Assembly (NCBI GenBank): GCA_963682015.1
Contig: OY820932.1
Coordinates: forward strand, 2,010,618 to 2,074,617
Length of the DNA: 64,000 nt
From: Smithellaceae bacterium
Lineage (GTDB): Bacteria; Desulfobacterota; Syntrophia; Syntrophales; Smithellaceae
Reading direction: 5' to 3'
The first letter of the stretch is position 1. Each line of letters opens with the position of its first letter. Positions 61,718-64,000 of the stretch are shown here, in pieces. The position numbers and the translations under genes are program-made. The notes beneath the pieces were generated by a model. The model searched no databases. It was not told where the DNA came from and saw only the letters and a program-made list of their open reading frames with translations.

Positions 61718-63394
61718 ATGGCTGCCAATGAACCCTCCCGTCACACAATATCAACCTATCTGCTGCATCGCCTGAAGGAAACCGGCATCCGGCACCTTTT
61801 CGGAGTTCCCGGCGACTACGTTCTTGATTTTATCGACGAGGTTCTCTTAAGTCCCCTGCAATGGATCGGAACCTGTAATGAACTCAACGCAGGCTATGCC
61901 GCGGACGGCTACGCGCGGATGAACGGCGCGGGCGCCGCCGTTGTGACATACGGCGTAGGCGGATTGAGCATTCTGAATGCCGTCGCCGGCGCCTATGCCG
62001 AACGGGTTCCCCTGATTGTCATCAGCGGCGCTCCGCCCTCGCACCGCCGCGAATCCGGCGCCCTTGTGCATCATCTGATTGCCGATTATGATGCTCAGTT
62101 CGAAATTTTCAAAAAAGTGACTATTGACGCAACGGTAATCACCCGCGCCGAGTCTGCTCCGGAGGAAATCGACCGCGTCATCACGAACGCAGTCATTCAT
62201 AAATTGCCCGTCTACATCGAGCTTCCGGTGGATCTGGCCCGCGTAACCTGCCGGCAGCCAAACGCGGCTTCACAATCTTCGAGACGAACATCCGATCCCG
62301 AAAGTCTGGAGGAATGCGTTGAAGAGGCAGCAAGGCTGCTGGACAGGGCAACCAGTCCTGTCGTGCTCGCCGGCATTGAGCTTTTGCGCTTCGGCCTGGG
62401 CCCCGCCGCTTTGAAGCTGGTGGAAACCGTTGAAATTCCGTTTGCCACGATGCTCAGCAGCAAATGTGTTTTACCGGAAATGCATCCCCAGTTCATCGGA
62501 ATTTATCAGGGAGCCTGGAGCCGCGAATCGGTGAGAAGGCAGGTGGAGTCCTCTGACTGTCTGCTTTCACTGGGCGTATGGATGACGGATTTTGACACCG
62601 GCTTGTTCAGCATGAATTTAAACAGCCGGCGTGTCATTGAAGCCGGAGACGGCGATGTCCGCATCGGAAGCCATTATTACCACAATGTGCAACTGGATGA
62701 CTTTATCCGCAACCTTTCCCGGACGGCAAAACCCCGTCCATACCTCTTGTCTCACCCGGAGGAAGCCCGCCGCCCCCGGGAAGCTTTTGTTCCCCGGAAA
62801 GGGCAGACCCTGACAGCGCATCGCCTGTATGACTGCGTCAATAGCTTCCTCGACGACCACATGGTTCTGCTGGCGGAACCCGGCGACGCATTCTGCGCGG
62901 CGCCGGAATTTCACATCGAGGAAGCGGAAAATTTCATTGTCCAGGCCTATTACACATCCATCGGCTTCTGCACACCGGCTGCGCTGGGTATCGCCATGGC
63001 TCGTCCTCAGAAACGGCCCGTTGTCCTAACCGGCGACGGCGCTTTTCAAATGACCGTTCAGGAACTATCCACACTGATCCGGCAGCGCTGCCCGGCCATC
63101 GTGATTCTAATCAATAATGACGGTTATCTGATAGAACGGATGCTGCATGAAGACGGTCTCTATAATGATATTCAGATGTGGAATTACGCATCGATCCCCG
63201 AAGCCTTCGGCGGCAAAGACCGGGTGATCGGCATCCGGGCAATCACGGAAGAAGAACTATCGCAGGCATTCTCCACGGCCGCCGCCAATGAAGACAAACT
63301 CATTTTTATTGAAGCGTGCCTGCCCAATCGAGACTGTTCGGAAGGCCTGACCCGCCTGGGCGCGGCTCTCCGCCGGACGCCATCTGAAAAATGA
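61718..63394 (+). CDS. TPP-dependent alpha-keto-acid decarboxylase (indolepyruvate/phenylpyruvate decarboxylase family)
   Basis: TISTYLLHRLKETGIRHLFGVPGDY.LDF...CNELNAGYAADGYAR...GVGGLS..N..AGAYAE..P...ISG, plus the C-terminal GDGAFQMT...NNDGY TPP motif. Confidence 0.8.
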   Translation: MAANEPSRHTISTYLLHRLKETGIRHLFGVPGDYVLDFIDEVLLSPLQWIGTCNELNAGYAADGYARMNGAGAAVVTYGVGGLSILNAVAGAYAERVPLIVISGAPPSHRRESGALVHHLIADYDAQFEIFKKVTIDATVITRAESAPEEIDRVITNAVIHKLPVYIELPVDLARVTCRQPNAASQSSRRTSDPESLEECVEEAARLLDRATSPVVLAGIELLRFGLGPAALKLVETVEIPFATMLSSKCVLPEMHPQFIGIYQGAWSRESVRRQVESSDCLLSLGVWMTDFDTGLFSMNLNSRRVIEAGDGDVRIGSHYYHNVQLDDFIRNLSRTAKPRPYLLSHPEEARRPREAFVPRKGQTLTAHRLYDCVNSFLDDHMVLLAEPGDAFCAAPEFHIEEAENFIVQAYYTSIGFCTPAALGIAMARPQKRPVVLTGDGAFQMTVQELSTLIRQRCPAIVILINNDGYLIERMLHEDGLYNDIQMWNYASIPEAFGGKDRVIGIRAITEEELSQAFSTAAANEDKLIFIEACLPNRDCSEGLTRLGAALRRTPSEK

Positions 63395-63424
63395 TGAGTA
63401 TCCGGGGGTAAGGTCACGGAGAGT

Positions 63425-64000
63425 AAACTACCACCGACCTTGTCGGTGGCCTTATAAAAGACGACAACTCATGACAATGTCATTCGCTGTCGTCCTTCCA
63501 CAACCGGAGCTGTTCTTCTCGAATTTGCTCCTCTGCTTGTTCTTTCACATAATTCTGTATCACGGTGCTATTGATACCCACAGTGCTCACAAAATATCCA
63601 CGCGCCCATATGTGCATCCCCCAATACTTCTTCCCTAATTCCGGGAACTCATCGCGCAGGCGCTCAGCACTTTTACCCTTCAGCATCTTCATCACTTGGG
63701 ACGGTGAATACTTCGGTGGCACGGATAAATACATATGCACATGATCCGAACATATTGCACCTTCTATGATCATGATATCCAGCCACTCACATAATTCCGC
63801 CAGAATCTCTTTTAACCGTGGCTTGATCTCCTGCACCAAGACATGGTAACGATATTTCGGAACCCAAACAAAGTGATACTCGCAACGATATTTTGCATGG
63901 GAAGACCTGTTGTAACCCTCCATATCAAATTCCTCCAAAATCCAGGTTACAGCAAAATCCTATGCTCATCAACTACGTTGATTCGCTAAATGTGTGGGGC
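63425..64000 (-). mobile_element. IS200/IS605-family (IS200-type, tnpA only) insertion sequence, truncated by the window end
   Basis: Y1 transposase gene flanked by subterminal hairpins CCACCGAC-ctt-GTCGGTGG (63431-63449) and ATCAAC-tac-GTTGAT (63968-63982). Confidence 0.7.
63480..63938 (-). CDS. tnpA: IS200/IS605 family Y1 (HUH) transposase TnpA
   Basis: YHFVWVPKYR, HUH motif SDHVHMYLS, and catalytic Tyr context WARGYFVSTVG. Confidence 0.9.
   Translation of the reverse strand: MEEFDMEGYNRSSHAKYRCEYHFVWVPKYRYHVLVQEIKPRLKEILAELCEWLDIMIIEGAICSDHVHMYLSVPPKYSPSQVMKMLKGKSAERLRDEFPELGKKYWGMHIWARGYFVSTVGINSTVIQNYVKEQAEEQIREEQLRLWKDDSE

Overview
64 kb chromosomal segment, roughly 50-55% GC. Gene content suggests an anaerobic Desulfobacterota/deltaproteobacterium-like organism (MvhD, sigma-54 enhancer-binding proteins, BCR/HGD-family radical enzymes, 4-hydroxybutyryl-CoA dehydratase, 2-oxoacid:ferredoxin oxidoreductase); this taxonomic guess is inference only. 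Gene order, left to right: (1) partial ABC-F ATPase; MvhD; a decayed dehydratase-subunit relic; YedF plus DUF3343 (selenium/sulfur relay); PilZ; MobB. (2) The conserved pgpA-cinA-thpR / recA-recX-alaS block, split between thpR and recA by a 2.7 kb low-GC insertion carrying a truncated DUF1016 gene, a dinD homologue and an orphan membrane-anchored protein. A GAAC-N4-GTTC (Cheo-type) palindrome overlaps the promoter ahead of pgpA-cinA, and alaS contains a sharp internal low-GC block. (3) A low-GC PstI/BsuBI-type restriction-modification pair directly after alaS, then two secreted proteins, one built from near-identical 267-bp tandem repeats. (4) A long minus-strand operon with a sigma-54 promoter and a divergent PAS/sigma-54 regulator. 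It encodes an AMP-ligase, an orphan LivK-type binding protein, a four-subunit benzoyl-CoA-reductase-like / 2-hydroxyacyl-CoA-dehydratase-like enzyme (two HGD-D subunits plus two different BcrAD/BadFG ATPases) and a family III CoA-transferase. All three spacers flanking the two ATPase genes carry REP-like palindromic repeats. I consider this the best candidate for an uncharacterised system. (5) Small redox/stress genes, an AbfD-type dehydratase, DedA, and a truncated sigma-54 regulator relic. (6) A cobamide salvage/remodelling cluster (FecCD/FecE-type ABC genes, cobalamin riboswitch, TonB receptor, BtuF, CobT, CobS, CbiR-like, CobU), with the riboswitch inside the gene string and carrying an embedded long palindromic hairpin. 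(7) RNase D, a GGDEF plus MinD-like pair, secG-tRNA-Leu(GAG) plus a tRNA 3'-half remnant, nth, a four-subunit 2-oxoacid:ferredoxin oxidoreductase, a TPP decarboxylase and a partial IS200-type element at the right edge. No rRNA genes or CRISPR arrays were seen. Coordinates of non-ORF features were counted by hand and may be off by 1-2 nt.
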